Virus record (IMG/VR): IMGVR_UViG_3300034684_000299
Span: 96,001 to 160,000 of that record
Source of the DNA: a virus
Length of the DNA: 64,000 bases
Strand: one strand, 5' to 3'
Below, in pieces: positions 1 to 10,266 of this stretch; within the stretch, counting starts at the first letter, position 1, and every line of letters starts with the position of its first letter. The position numbers were made by a program, and so were the translations under genes. The notes beneath the pieces were generated by a model. The model did not search any database and was not told the DNA's origin. It saw only the letters and a list, made by a program, of their open reading frames with translations.

Positions 1-2040
1 AGAAAATCCATTATTTTCAAATTGTCCAAAAGAATAACCTAAATGGTTCAATTGTTCTTGGTTATATTCAAAAGAATATTTATATATTGCATCGCTAAAT
101 GATTTAGTTCTATAAGAACCAATAGCTTTAAAAATTTCATCTTCATTCATTGTACCTATTGTAAATGAAGGAGATATGTATCCTTTACCATCTATATTAT
201 AATCTGAATTGGATACATTTAATCTATTAACAACCATCTGCGATTTTATCGGTTCCATTAAAAATTGTATGTACAAATCCTTTTGCCCTGTAACTTGTTG
301 TATTTTCTGCAAAATAAACGACTCAGGTATTATATATATAGACACATTTAAAGCTGATTGTGCCATACACGCTTCTATTTGTTGTCTTAACGAAGCATTT
401 ATAGAAAATTTTAAAGGAACATTGTAATCGTATACTGTCGTATTGTAACCTACACCATTAACAGTAATATGTGATAAGTTAGGTAAATACATTTGCCCTT
501 TAGTTTCTGATTTATATAAGTCTAAATTAAATACTGGGTTAACTACTTTATTGTATGCAGTTTTTATATTGTATCTGAAAATACCTAATTTATATTTTAA
601 ATCGTGGTCTTGAATACCTCTTGCACTATCAATGGAAAAATTTTTTGGCACGAAAATATCATTGGCTATAATTTTATTTATATATAAATTTTCATGCATA
701 TGATATCTTGGAGATATGTCTTTTGGTTCATATGTTTCATTATAAACGTCAGTTAATTTTGCCGAATATCTATGCTTCATACCCATTTGTGAATAATCTG
801 GATGTTCATGAGTATACTCTGATATAACACTTGGTTGCATGGAACCTTCGAGATACGTTTTAGATTTTTCAAAAACATTTTCCATTTCAAATAATGTTTC
901 TATAGCGGTTACTGAATTTATTGTATCTTTCAATACAGGTAATACTGCTTTACCTTCTTTGACATCATAATATTCACTATTTACTACTATATAACCATTT
1001 ACAAGATCTTTTATCTCATATTCACCTAATAAACTGCTTACATTACTTTGAACTATATAATAAATTTCTTCATCAGAATTTATCCCTCTTACACAAATTC
1101 CTTCATCTACATATTCAAACTTTTCTCTATCACTAACCAATTCTAATGTCTTTTTCTGACCTCTATCATTGAATACTTCCATTATATTTTTTACAAAAGA
1201 TTTTGGTAAATCTATCAACCAAATATCTCTACCTAAATATTCTTTTTGTATTTTAAAACCAATAGAAGATCCAGGTAAAATATTTCCTATATCTTTAGTT
1301 AGCAATAGATTCCCATTGTCATAAGTTAAATCTATAATTTCAGCCATTAAATCAACATTGTTCAAATACAATCTATACAAAGCATAATCTCTTTCAACAA
1401 AATTACCTAATATTTTTTTTAATTTCATCACTTCAGCATATTTAGTACTGTACAAATAATTGTATTTAACTTCTTGCACATGCAATGTCCTATAATAATT
1501 CCTATTAAAGAAAAATAAATTTTTATCAATAAATCCTGTGTACTCTTCCCCATTAACTTTTAATACATATTTATTGTTTGGATAATCTTTTATATTATTT
1601 ATAACTTTGTATCCAATTCCTTTGTTAGCTTCTAAATCTTCCTTTTCAAATAATATCTTTTGTTCTTTCAAGTAGTAATCATGTTTATGTTCCTTGCTTT
1701 CAGGAACAAACTCAACATAATTTGAATTTGTTAAATAATTCCTATCTACAACAGTTAAAACTTTTTGATTAATATATTTTGAATGATCATGTTTTACAGG
1801 AAGAAAATCAGTAGAAAAAAATTGTCTCCCAGATCTGTTAAGTAAACCTTTTGTAGTATAAGGAACTATATTTTTTGGCAAAAACATAGTATGTTTATGA
1901 TCTTCTAGACTAAATTTTGTATTACCCATATTAACATTTGATGTTTTAGTAGTTTTTAAATTCTTATCCACTACAAGGGATATCAATTGCATTATAAGAC
2001 TATGTGCTTTTTTTATTATCCATAAAAATCTTCCTACTAT
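1..2040 (-). CDS. Large hypothetical protein, 3' end outside window (possible virion protein)
   Basis: Manual translation of the minus strand is open from about 2040 (first ATG at 1992) to position 1. It is absent from the ORF track because its stop lies outside the window. SD-like AGGGGTGG and a TGGTATAAT extended -10 (2065-2073) lie upstream. Start uncertain. Confidence 0.7.
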   Translation of the reverse strand, partial: MVGRFLWIIKKAHSLIMQLISLVVDKNLKTTKTSNVNMGNTKFSLEDHKHTMFLPKNIVPYTTKGLLNRSGRQFFSTDFLPVKHDHSKYINQKVLTVVDRNYLTNSNYVEFVPESKEHKHDYYLKEQKILFEKEDLEANKGIGYKVINNIKDYPNNKYVLKVNGEEYTGFIDKNLFFFNRNYYRTLHVQEVKYNYLYSTKYAEVMKLKKILGNFVERDYALYRLYLNNVDLMAEIIDLTYDNGNLLLTKDIGNILPGSSIGFKIQKEYLGRDIWLIDLPKSFVKNIMEVFNDRGQKKTLELVSDREKFEYVDEGICVRGINSDEEIYYIVQSNVSSLLGEYEIKDLVNGYIVVNSEYYDVKEGKAVLPVLKDTINSVTAIETLFEMENVFEKSKTYLEGSMQPSVISEYTHEHPDYSQMGMKHRYSAKLTDVYNETYEPKDISPRYHMHENLYINKIIANDIFVPKNFSIDSARGIQDHDLKYKLGIFRYNIKTAYNKVVNPVFNLDLYKSETKGQMYLPNLSHITVNGVGYNTTVYDYNVPLKFSINASLRQQIEACMAQSALNVSIYIIPESFILQKIQQVTGQKDLYIQFLMEPIKSQMVVNRLNVSNSDYNIDGKGYISPSFTIGTMNEDEIFKAIGSYRTKSFSDAIYKYSFEYNQEQLNHLGYSFGQFENNGFS

Positions 2041-2080
2041 GGCGACCACCCCTTCTCTAGCAAAATTATACCAAAGACAG

Positions 2081-2118
2081 AAAAAAAAAGAAGTGAAGAG
2101 CACTACCACTCTTCACTT
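2081..2118 (-). terminator. Intrinsic terminator after nrdJ
   Basis: AAGTGAAGAG/CTCTTCACTT 10-bp stem followed by a T-run on the minus strand. Confidence 0.7.
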
Positions 2119-2135
2119 TAAGAAGAAAAAAGAGA

Positions 2136-5100
2136 TCACAAACACTTAGAATTGCCACAACTCAAGCAGGTTACACACCCCTCCGCATATTGTAAACTGT
2201 TTATTGCCCCACACACAGGGCATACTGAATTTCCTTCCTCATCAATATAAACATGATTTTTAGAATCATATTTCATATCTTTCATTTCTTCTTTTGTATA
2301 ATGTGTTTTCTTATTTACTTCTTTTTTGAAATATAATCTTGGTATATCTTTGATTATATTTTCCATTTCTTCTCCTATAGTTTTTGCATAAGTTCCTTTA
2401 GTCTTTTTTAGTTGTTTTATTATTTCGTCTGGGGACACACCAGCTCTTAAGGATATAGAAGCCAATCTACCAATGATCTCAGCAGTTTCATGACCATTGG
2501 ATAAAAAAATTTCTGATGGTGAGAAATTTTCTGGGTCTATTGTAATATTCATGTATGTCGTACCTTCTTGTGTTTTTACTTTTTTCGTTATACTTGGCAT
2601 AGTTTCTAATCTTGGTTTTGGTACAATTTTCTGTTTTTGATCCAAAAAGAAAGTAAATCCATCTACAGTATGTTTAGATTTTTTTGGTTCTTTACTTTTA
2701 GTAGTCAAAACTTGTGTTTGCAAACTACCATCTCTATAAATAGTAATACCTTTGACAAAATGTTTCATAGCTTGCAAATATATATCTTTAATATCTTCTA
2801 CTGTTGCTTCCTTTGGCATATTTATGGTTTTAGATACAGAAGCGTCTATATACTCTTGAAACGCTACTTGCATATATAAATGATCTATTGGTTTTATAGT
2901 TTGAGCAGTAACAAAAACCTTTTTCAGTTTTTCATCGATTTTATCTGAATACATAAGATTGTTCAAATCCATTATATCTTCTTCAAGTTTAGCTAGCTTA
3001 GGTACTTCTTTATAATTTTCAACTTTAGCAGCTTCACTTTGAAATTCTTCAACCTTATTCATTATTTCATTGTAATACTCTATATCTGTTTCTTTTAAAA
3101 ATGATTTTAATTCGTTGTTGATGTAAATTAGTGGTACTCTTTTGCCATCTTTATTAAGCATAAATCTGGTATATACCAAAGCAAAATTTGGTTCTAATCC
3201 AGAAGAGACATCAGCTAAATTAGATATAGACCCTGTTGGAGCTATTGTATTCAATTGAACATTCCTTTTATATTTTTTACCATCTGTTGAAAAATGTTCT
3301 ATTATTTTTTCGTTCAATCTTTTCAAATTATCAGTAAGGTCAGCTATCTCATCTGAATCTGTATGTAAAGGAAATGGAATATGTCCTTGCGGATATTTAG
3401 ACTTATCAAAATCAAGAAAATTACCTTTCTCTTTTGCTATTTCAGAACTTGCAACATGTGATAAATAAGATATAGCAGCTTGCATTTCCACCGCAATATT
3501 TCTAGCTTCTTTACTATCATATGGTATTCTTTTATTGTACAACATATCCGCAAATCCCATTATACCGAGTCCTAAAAATCTTTGTTCCCTAGCAGTTTTT
3601 TCTATTTCTTCTAAAGGATACACATTCATGGTAACAACGTCATCTAAAAACATAATGGTGTATCCTACTATTTCTTTAAATTTTTCAAAATCTGGAGTAC
3701 CTATTTTATAAAACTCTGGTAATTTCTCATTTATTATTTTCACATTCAAACTACCTAAATTACAAGATCCATGATTTGGTAATGGTTCTTCACCACAGTT
3801 GTGACATACCAATCCATTGACTACACCTGCATGTGTTTTTTCCATAGAAAAGTCATACACAGGTTCAATATCGTTCTGTACAATTTCAACCACTTTTGGT
3901 GAATTTTCTCTTATTGATTCTTTCACAGAATCTCTGTACTCTATATCAAAATAAGATTTGTATAAGATTTTTCTACCTAACATGTTACTAGCACTTTTCC
4001 AATTCAATGTCTCAGCATCATATACCTTATGGTCAGGAGTAACTCTTAATTCTTTGCCATTACTGAGCTTTAATGTTATTGTGTTCTTAGTTCCTGTTTT
4101 AAATACTTTTGATTTTACAAACTCTTTATCAAAAGGTGACCATACCATCACCGTTTGCCCGTCTAGTTCACCTATACTTATTTCACCTTTATCTGTTAAT
4201 AGTTTCTCATTATAAGCAAAACATGGATTTGTAGCAGTAACTGGAGTATTGTCTGAATTAGCATAATATTTGTTATGTCTGCCTAAGAACAATAAACCAG
4301 GATCACCAGTACCCCAAGCATTTTTTGAAATAATATCCAAAAATTCTCTTGCTGATACTTCTTTGTATTTTTGTCCATTAAAAACTAAGCTGAATTTATC
4401 ATCATGTTCATATTTATCTAAAAAGCTTTCTGGATCATCTATATTAACCGATATATTGAAATACGATAGTACACTATTACCATCGTTATTCTTTTTAGAG
4501 TTAATAAAATCCATAATATCGGGATGGTCATATCTCATTACAGCCATCTGTGCTGCTCGCCTTTTACCACCCTGTTGTATAGTAGAAGCGGTTGCATTGT
4601 ACACCTGCATAAAAGAAATAGGTCCTGAAGAATATCCAGAAGTACCATGTACTAATGCCCCTTTTGGTCTTAACACGCTGAAATCATACCCAACACCACC
4701 ACCATATTTCAATATAAGAGCTGCTTTTTTTGCATAATCAAATATACCTTCCATTGAATCGTCTTCAGTATAACTGACAAAACATGCCGATAACATATCG
4801 TGTCTATTGCGAGATTCATATATGAGCTCGTAATCCTTTAAACTCATCTCTTTTATATCTTTTTGGAACCATTCAATCGGCATAGCTTCTCCAGCATTAA
4901 ATAAAGTAGGAGAATTTGGAAGAAATATTCTTTTATTTATTAATTCATAATATATTTCTTCTTTTACCTTTATACGTTCCAAAAGTTCGTCATCTTCTAA
5001 TTCACTATCTACACCTTCTGCCGCCGCTATATATCTAGCCACTCTTCTTGCAACATCGCTCCATGTACTTTCAACATATTTGTCATTTCTCTTTGCAAAA

Positions 5101-5168
5101 TATCTGTCTTTTAAAATCTCTTGTGCATTTTCCGATACTAAATAATCATCAAATATATTTAACATCAA
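2136..5168 (-). CDS. nrdJ: Class II (adenosylcobalamin-dependent) ribonucleotide reductase with intein
   Basis: Motifs PNSPTLFNAG, SACF, GGGVG, NPC/GE active site, CNLGS, TIAPTGSIS, SKTINMP and GITIYRDGS, plus a C-terminal CPVCG..CLSCG Zn finger. No ATP cone and no adjacent nrdB. Confidence 0.93.
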   Translation of the reverse strand: MMLNIFDDYLVSENAQEILKDRYFAKRNDKYVESTWSDVARRVARYIAAAEGVDSELEDDELLERIKVKEEIYYELINKRIFLPNSPTLFNAGEAMPIEWFQKDIKEMSLKDYELIYESRNRHDMLSACFVSYTEDDSMEGIFDYAKKAALILKYGGGVGYDFSVLRPKGALVHGTSGYSSGPISFMQVYNATASTIQQGGKRRAAQMAVMRYDHPDIMDFINSKKNNDGNSVLSYFNISVNIDDPESFLDKYEHDDKFSLVFNGQKYKEVSAREFLDIISKNAWGTGDPGLLFLGRHNKYYANSDNTPVTATNPCFAYNEKLLTDKGEISIGELDGQTVMVWSPFDKEFVKSKVFKTGTKNTITLKLSNGKELRVTPDHKVYDAETLNWKSASNMLGRKILYKSYFDIEYRDSVKESIRENSPKVVEIVQNDIEPVYDFSMEKTHAGVVNGLVCHNCGEEPLPNHGSCNLGSLNVKIINEKLPEFYKIGTPDFEKFKEIVGYTIMFLDDVVTMNVYPLEEIEKTAREQRFLGLGIMGFADMLYNKRIPYDSKEARNIAVEMQAAISYLSHVASSEIAKEKGNFLDFDKSKYPQGHIPFPLHTDSDEIADLTDNLKRLNEKIIEHFSTDGKKYKRNVQLNTIAPTGSISNLADVSSGLEPNFALVYTRFMLNKDGKRVPLIYINNELKSFLKETDIEYYNEIMNKVEEFQSEAAKVENYKEVPKLAKLEEDIMDLNNLMYSDKIDEKLKKVFVTAQTIKPIDHLYMQVAFQEYIDASVSKTINMPKEATVEDIKDIYLQAMKHFVKGITIYRDGSLQTQVLTTKSKEPKKSKHTVDGFTFFLDQKQKIVPKPRLETMPSITKKVKTQEGTTYMNITIDPENFSPSEIFLSNGHETAEIIGRLASISLRAGVSPDEIIKQLKKTKGTYAKTIGEEMENIIKDIPRLYFKKEVNKKTHYTKEEMKDMKYDSKNHVYIDEEGNSVCPVCGAINSLQYAEGCVTCLSCGNSKCL
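3798..4223 (-). mobile_element. Mini-intein (142 aa, no homing endonuclease) in the RNR NP|CGE site
   Basis: Starts CFAYNEK, has block B TPDH, ends VCHN followed by Cys. Splicing restores TNP-CGEEPL. Confidence 0.92.
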
Positions 5169-5198
5169 CTATAGCCTCCTTGTTTTTAGATAAAAAAA

Positions 5199-5789
5199 TT
5201 AGAATCCTAATATTTCTCTTGCTTTAAAAATTAATTTTTCAATTGGTTCTTCACCATTAAGAAAGTAGAAAATGCGTGAAGGAAAGATTTTCGGAAGTTG
5301 CCTGTAGTATTTAAGTAATTCCGAAAGCTCTGCTTCTTTGAAGTCTTTTTCTATCATATCAAATTCCTTTCTATGATTCATCCTAGATATAACTGTTTCT
5401 AAAGAAACATCAACAATAAAGGTTAATTGCGGAATTAAAAAAATATCTTCACCTAACATCATTACTTTATCAACACCAAATTCATCCTTTAATCCTTGAT
5501 ATACCACAGTAGAATCTATATATCTATCCATAATAACTATTTTATCTTCTCTTTCTTGTTTTAGTATTTCACGTTTTAGAGATGCTTTTACAGCTAATAT
5601 GGAATATAACCTTTCCTCTTTTGTGGTTTCATTTTCTTTCAAATATTTTCTGAGATATTCTCCTAATTTAGTAGTACCTGGATCTCTCAATACAACCGCA
5701 TTGACACCTGAATTATTTAAAGAATCACACAACTTGTTCGATAACAAAGTTTTACCTGCAGCTTCGACTCCTTCTATGCTTATCAACAT
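5199..5789 (-). CDS. tmk: Thymidylate kinase
   Basis: ISIEGVEAAGKT P-loop, LRDPGTT, IMDRYIDSTVVYQG. Confidence 0.93.
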   Translation of the reverse strand: MLISIEGVEAAGKTLLSNKLCDSLNNSGVNAVVLRDPGTTKLGEYLRKYLKENETTKEERLYSILAVKASLKREILKQEREDKIVIMDRYIDSTVVYQGLKDEFGVDKVMMLGEDIFLIPQLTFIVDVSLETVISRMNHRKEFDMIEKDFKEAELSELLKYYRQLPKIFPSRIFYFLNGEEPIEKLIFKAREILGF

Positions 5790-5911
5790 TTTGTTCCTCC
5801 TACTTCAAATAAAAAATAAGTTAGCGTTTTAATTATATCAATCCAGATTGTAATCTTTAGATTTTTAAGAATTTAAATTACCCTTTTAAAAATTGACTTT
5901 TTTATGATATA

Positions 5912-5940
5912 ATTATACTATGTTTTTCTAAAAAAAGCAA
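5912..5940 (-). promoter_or_regulatory. sigma70-like promoter for tmk-nrdJ
   Basis: TTGCTT-17 nt-TATAAT on the minus strand. Confidence 0.6.
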
Positions 5941-6027
5941 GATTATTCTCTGTTAATGCATGAAATCTTCTTTAACTTTTTTTATCTTTTTGCTATTTGT
6001 CTTTAACTTTGAAATTTCATTATTTTT

Positions 6028-6037
6028 TGGTATATAT
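6028..6037 (+). promoter_or_regulatory. Recurrent promoter motif TGGTATATAT (copy 1 of 10; others at 9634, 19168, 20222, 20811, 24817, 28501, 37587, 48417, 51116)
   Basis: Identical 10-mer, always on the plus strand, intergenic or near an ORF start, usually behind a T-tract and followed by an SD-led ORF. Confidence 0.7.
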
Positions 6038-6093
6038 ATTTTAATTTAGAAGGGGTTTATTATTCAAAAACAAATATAAGGAGGTAAGCAAGT

Positions 6094-6957
6094 ATGATAA
6101 TAAGATTATTTGATGGGAAAGCAAGAGTAGGAATTTCTGGTGAATATTTAGTATATCAATCCGATTTTGCTGATCACATGGTAATTTCTGCAAAATATGG
6201 TAAGCCGAAAGGGTTGATGTGGGACCCAAACGATAAGGCATGGAAAATAGGTTTAGACAACACAGTAGCTTTGATGGATTTCATCAATTGGCTAGAACAG
6301 AGTCAGCAAGACGCATTCGCTGTGCAAGAGTTGATAGAAAATGCACAGAATAAAAAGTTCAATAGTAAAAAATCAAGCTTTTTAGATCTAATCTGGAGAA
6401 ATCCAAAAGTGAAAGAGAGATTTAAACAGTTAAATTCGTTTGAATCTTTTATGAATTATATTGATACAGCTTCCATAATAACAGGCGAATTCTTTGTGTT
6501 TTATGAAAATTATAAGACTTTCTTCGTTTTAGAAATAGTAGCAGAAGAAGGTAAAGTATTAATTTTCAAGCATGAACTTATAGACAATGCTTCTGTAGTT
6601 CTATCTGTTTCTACACAAATATTACCTGTAAGTGGAAGTATAAATTTTGTAGCTTCTTATGTCTTGAAAAATTATTCCGACATCTATTTTGATACTAGCA
6701 TAGTTGTTTATAGGTTCCCAAAACCCGAAGTAACAGATGCTATGGTGTTAGAAGACTTACAATTGACTAACCAAGGAAAAACTGAACTGGCAACCACTGA
6801 AACAGAAAATGAAAATGAAAGTAAGGTAAGTAACTCTGAAGTAAGTAACTCTGAAGTAAGTAAAAATGAAAAAAATATAATAACTCAAAATGCACTTCAA
6901 GAAAAAACTAAATGGTATCAACCACAAGATGAGGAAATGAGAGTTGAATATGAGTGA
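6094..6957 (+). CDS. Hypothetical protein
   Basis: 287-aa ORF with AGGAGG SD. Short GTAAGTAACTCTGAA tandem repeat near the 3' end. Confidence 0.75.
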   Translation: MIIRLFDGKARVGISGEYLVYQSDFADHMVISAKYGKPKGLMWDPNDKAWKIGLDNTVALMDFINWLEQSQQDAFAVQELIENAQNKKFNSKKSSFLDLIWRNPKVKERFKQLNSFESFMNYIDTASIITGEFFVFYENYKTFFVLEIVAEEGKVLIFKHELIDNASVVLSVSTQILPVSGSINFVASYVLKNYSDIYFDTSIVVYRFPKPEVTDAMVLEDLQLTNQGKTELATTETENENESKVSNSEVSNSEVSKNEKNIITQNALQEKTKWYQPQDEEMRVEYE

Positions 6958-7005
6958 TTTTCTGCCCTTTTTGGGCAGATTCTCTTTTTTCAAACAAGGA
7001 GGTAA

Positions 7006-7262
7006 GTCAACTACCCCACCCTATAGAGGGTGGAGCTTGTGATTAACAAGCTCAGTTGATTAGCCTCAGCCAGGGGGTATTAACCCTATCGGGCTACGTT
7101 ATATGGGAATATATAGTCACCATAGGATGCTCCACAAGTCCTATGCTCTGAGGGCAGTGGTTAAACATATCTGAGGGTAGGAGAAGTGCTGCTGCCATAC
7201 AAAACCCCATATAACATTGGCGATGTGGACTTACCACTACTTTGTAGTGAGTTATTACTCTT
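7006..7262 (+). ncRNA. IscB omegaRNA (HEARO-type)
   Basis: Structured leader directly 5' of iscB (CTACGTT..., AACATTGGCGA motifs) with homologues at 35324 and 55340. Confidence 0.8.
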
Positions 7263-8632
7263 TAAGGAGGGTTAATGTGGTATTTGTAATATCTAAAGAA
7301 GGTAAACCTTTAATGCCTACTAAAAATCATGCTAAAGTTAGAATACTACTAAAACACAAGAAAGCTAAAGTTATTAGAAGAAAACCATTTACTATTCAGC
7401 TTCTATATGAAACCACTACCTATACACAGCCTATTATACTTGGAATAGATAGTGGCTACAGTTATATTGGTTTTTCTGCTATTACTGAAAAGGAAGAACT
7501 AATATGTGGCGAAGTTAAACTAAGAAATGATATATCTGAGCTTCTTAAAGAAAGACGGATGTATCGTAGAATTAGGCGCAATAGACTTAGATATAGGAAA
7601 CCTAGATTTGATAACAGAATTTCATCTAAGAAAGAAGGTTGGTTAGCGCCCTCTATTAAACACAAGTTAGATTCTCATGTTAGGTTTATTAATTATCTTA
7701 AAAAGATATTGCCTATAGCTAACATAGTTGTAGAAGTGGCAAATTTTGATACTCATAAACTTAAAAACCCAAACGTAGTTGGTAAAGGTTATCAACAAGG
7801 TGAACAACAAGATTTTTGGAATGTAAGAGAATACGTTCTGTATAGAGATAATTATACCTGCCAGCTATGTGGCAAGAAAAACACCATACTTGAGGTACAT
7901 CATATAGGCTATTGGAAACAAGATAGAACAGATAGACCAGGCAATCTAATAACATTATGCACCAAATGCCACAATCCTAATAATCATAAAGAGGGAGGTA
8001 AATTGTATGGAATGAAGCCTGTTCAAAAACCATTAAAAGACGCAACATTTATGTCTACTATAAGATGGAAATTGGTCAATGCGCTGATGTGTGACTACAC
8101 TTACGGTTATATTACAAAATCCAAAAGAGTAAGTCTTGGTTTGGAAAAGACACATTATAACGATGCATTTTGCATAGCAGGTGGAATTAATCAACAGAGA
8201 ATAGAGCCTATCTATTTTGAGCAAATTAGGAGAAACAATCGTTCACTCGAAAAGTTCTATGATGCAAAATATGTTGATATAAGAGATAAGTCTATTAAAC
8301 CAGGACAAGAGCTTTTCTGTGGTAGAAGGACACGGAACAAAAACTTAAATGAAGAAAATCTTCATAAGTATCGTGGAGCTAAAAAATCAAAAGGCAGAAG
8401 AAATATTCGTAAGCAAAGATACGCTTATCAGCCTAAAGATATCGTTATCTTTAAGGGCAAAAAATATTCAGTTCAAGGTGTACAGAACAAAGGTAAATAT
8501 ATTAAGCTAATGGAAATGTCTAAGCCAGTCAAAACAGATTTAGTTAAGCCCTATATGTTTAGGAAAGGATTTAGTATGTTTTATAACTGCAATTCATCCC
8601 CCACTTACAGAAGTGGGAGTCTTCTTGCAGGA
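7006..8632 (+). mobile_element. IS200/IS605-superfamily IscB element
   Basis: Left-end hairpin GTCAACTACCCCACC..GGTGG, HEARO-type leader, iscB, and right-end hairpin CCCCACTT..AAGTGGGA. End coordinates approximate. Confidence 0.8.
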
Positions 8633-8638
8633 AAATGA
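7277..8638 (+). CDS. iscB: IscB RNA-guided endonuclease (RRXRR/HNH)
   Basis: PLMP motif, RuvC-I GIDSG, Arg-rich bridge helix, RuvC-II VVE, HNH (CQLCG..HH..NLITLCTKCH) and RuvC-III HYNDA. GTG start behind AGGAGG. Confidence 0.93.
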   Translation: MVFVISKEGKPLMPTKNHAKVRILLKHKKAKVIRRKPFTIQLLYETTTYTQPIILGIDSGYSYIGFSAITEKEELICGEVKLRNDISELLKERRMYRRIRRNRLRYRKPRFDNRISSKKEGWLAPSIKHKLDSHVRFINYLKKILPIANIVVEVANFDTHKLKNPNVVGKGYQQGEQQDFWNVREYVLYRDNYTCQLCGKKNTILEVHHIGYWKQDRTDRPGNLITLCTKCHNPNNHKEGGKLYGMKPVQKPLKDATFMSTIRWKLVNALMCDYTYGYITKSKRVSLGLEKTHYNDAFCIAGGINQQRIEPIYFEQIRRNNRSLEKFYDAKYVDIRDKSIKPGQELFCGRRTRNKNLNEENLHKYRGAKKSKGRRNIRKQRYAYQPKDIVIFKGKKYSVQGVQNKGKYIKLMEMSKPVKTDLVKPYMFRKGFSMFYNCNSSPTYRSGSLLAGK

Positions 8639-8657
8639 AAAAAAAGGAGATGTTTTT

Positions 8658-9143
8658 ATGACTGCAAAGGAAGTTGCCAATCAATTACACAAGTCTATAT
8701 TAGTAGTTGATCAGCCTCTTGTTAAAAAATATCCTGATTTATCATCTTTTATTGATATTTTCTTTAATACAAAAATGAACAAATTTGGTAAGAGAAATCT
8801 TATTCAAAAAATCATCGTTCAAAATCTCGACAAAAATGATCCTTTCAAAATAGCTTATTTTGCCCTTCAATTCTATACAAGTACTACTGAAATTCCAATT
8901 TTCGAAATTGGTAAAGAAGAACCTGAAAATTCAGCAACAGATATCACAATCGAATACAAAATAATTGGGCCTATTTTCTACCAATATCCTTTTGACCAAT
9001 TTGCTCACCTATCTGTGTTAATTTCTCCTCCAAAAAACAAGCAACTATTTATTCTTAGTTTGTTTTCTAAAGAAAAAGAACTTTTCAAAATTGGAGGTAA
9101 TCCTGATGGCAAGGATAATTGTAAAAGATGGAATAGAATTTAA
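8658..9143 (+). CDS. Hypothetical protein
   Basis: SD-led ATG within ORF 8613..9143. Confidence 0.65.
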   Translation: MTAKEVANQLHKSILVVDQPLVKKYPDLSSFIDIFFNTKMNKFGKRNLIQKIIVQNLDKNDPFKIAYFALQFYTSTTEIPIFEIGKEEPENSATDITIEYKIIGPIFYQYPFDQFAHLSVLISPPKNKQLFILSLFSKEKELFKIGGNPDGKDNCKRWNRI

Positions 9144-9540
9144 AGATTTAAAGATAACAAGACATATTTTTTCTGAACATCGTATCTTTTTATCTTTATT
9201 TGGTGAAGTAGTATGGTATTTAGAAACACAATCTAAAGAATATGATTATCCGTTGTTATCAATAATTTTATATGAAAATATTCTTAGTAATCCTTTTGAT
9301 AATGATTATTATTTTATCATGTCTTTTGACATAAGTTCTAGTTTGCACGATTTTTCACTACTATATCAACTAAAAGGGCCTTTCTTTAAAAAGTATCCAT
9401 TTGACAAATTTCGAATTGCCACACCGTTTTTAGAAATGGCAACACAAGAAGAAAAAGAACTAAAAGAAGTTTTAACTTCTAAAAATCTAGAATTCTTGGG
9501 AGATGAGAATAATGGTTATATTTACAGCCATAACACATAA
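9106..9540 (+). CDS. Hypothetical protein
   Basis: GGAGG-led ATG within ORF 9091..9540. Confidence 0.65.
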   Translation: MARIIVKDGIEFKDLKITRHIFSEHRIFLSLFGEVVWYLETQSKEYDYPLLSIILYENILSNPFDNDYYFIMSFDISSSLHDFSLLYQLKGPFFKKYPFDKFRIATPFLEMATQEEKELKEVLTSKNLEFLGDENNGYIYSHNT

Positions 9541-9689
9541 TAGATATTAATTCTAAACATAAAAAGATTTACAACACTAGTTCCCATAACTCAATTGCCC
9601 TATGAATTTTAAACTTAGAAAAAATTTATTTTTTGGTATATATAATTTAGATAGTTTATATCACTCAAAAATTATAAGGGGGTAACAAC

Positions 9690-10247
9690 GTGAAAAAAGT
9701 ATTTGTCATAATATTTTTTATTTTAGTTACTGCAATGTATTTTGCATCAGATTCAGATTTAGAAATCTTCCTTAAAAATTATATGGAAGATTTTTATAAT
9801 GTAGAACCAAAAATGGCTTCTACATTATCTGAAACCATTGTAAAAGAAGCTGGTAAATATGGGATAGATCCTTTGATTGTAGTTGCTGTTATACAACAGG
9901 AAAGTAGTTTCAGAAATGTTGTTGGTGATAACGGCGAAGCGATAGGATTTGCACAATTACATCAGGGAGCAGTGTTTTATGTTTGCTCATTTTTCCCTGA
10001 TGTTGCAGAAAAAGTTAGGAAGATAGGGGCACATAAAAACTTGTTGTATTATCCAGTTCTACAGATACAGATAGCGGTGAGATATCTGTTTTTATTACAG
10101 ATTAACTTTGATATAGATATTATCACAGCAATAGGGCGGTACAATGGGCAAACAAGTTATTACAATACATACACCACAAAAGTGTTGAACAATTATGCCT
10201 TCATTTTATCGACTTTCAACGAATATTTGTTGGTTCAAAAAAAATAA
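9690..10247 (+). CDS. Lytic transglycosylase (SLT domain) with N-terminal signal/anchor
   Basis: IDPLIVVAVIQQES (catalytic Glu), AIGFAQL, AIGRYNG; hydrophobic N-terminus. Confidence 0.85.
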   Translation: MKKVFVIIFFILVTAMYFASDSDLEIFLKNYMEDFYNVEPKMASTLSETIVKEAGKYGIDPLIVVAVIQQESSFRNVVGDNGEAIGFAQLHQGAVFYVCSFFPDVAEKVRKIGAHKNLLYYPVLQIQIAVRYLFLLQINFDIDIITAIGRYNGQTSYYNTYTTKVLNNYAFILSTFNEYLLVQKK

Positions 10248-10266
10248 AAAGGAGGTGTTTAAAGTT

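Noticed and set aside
6825-6862. 15-nt tandem repeat (SEVSN)
   Set aside because: An in-frame low-complexity linker expansion with no evidence of function.
7217-7276. Upstream ATG start for IscB given by the ORF track
   Set aside because: It lies inside the omegaRNA. The AGGAGG SD supports GTG at 7277, directly before the typical VFVI..GKPLMP start.
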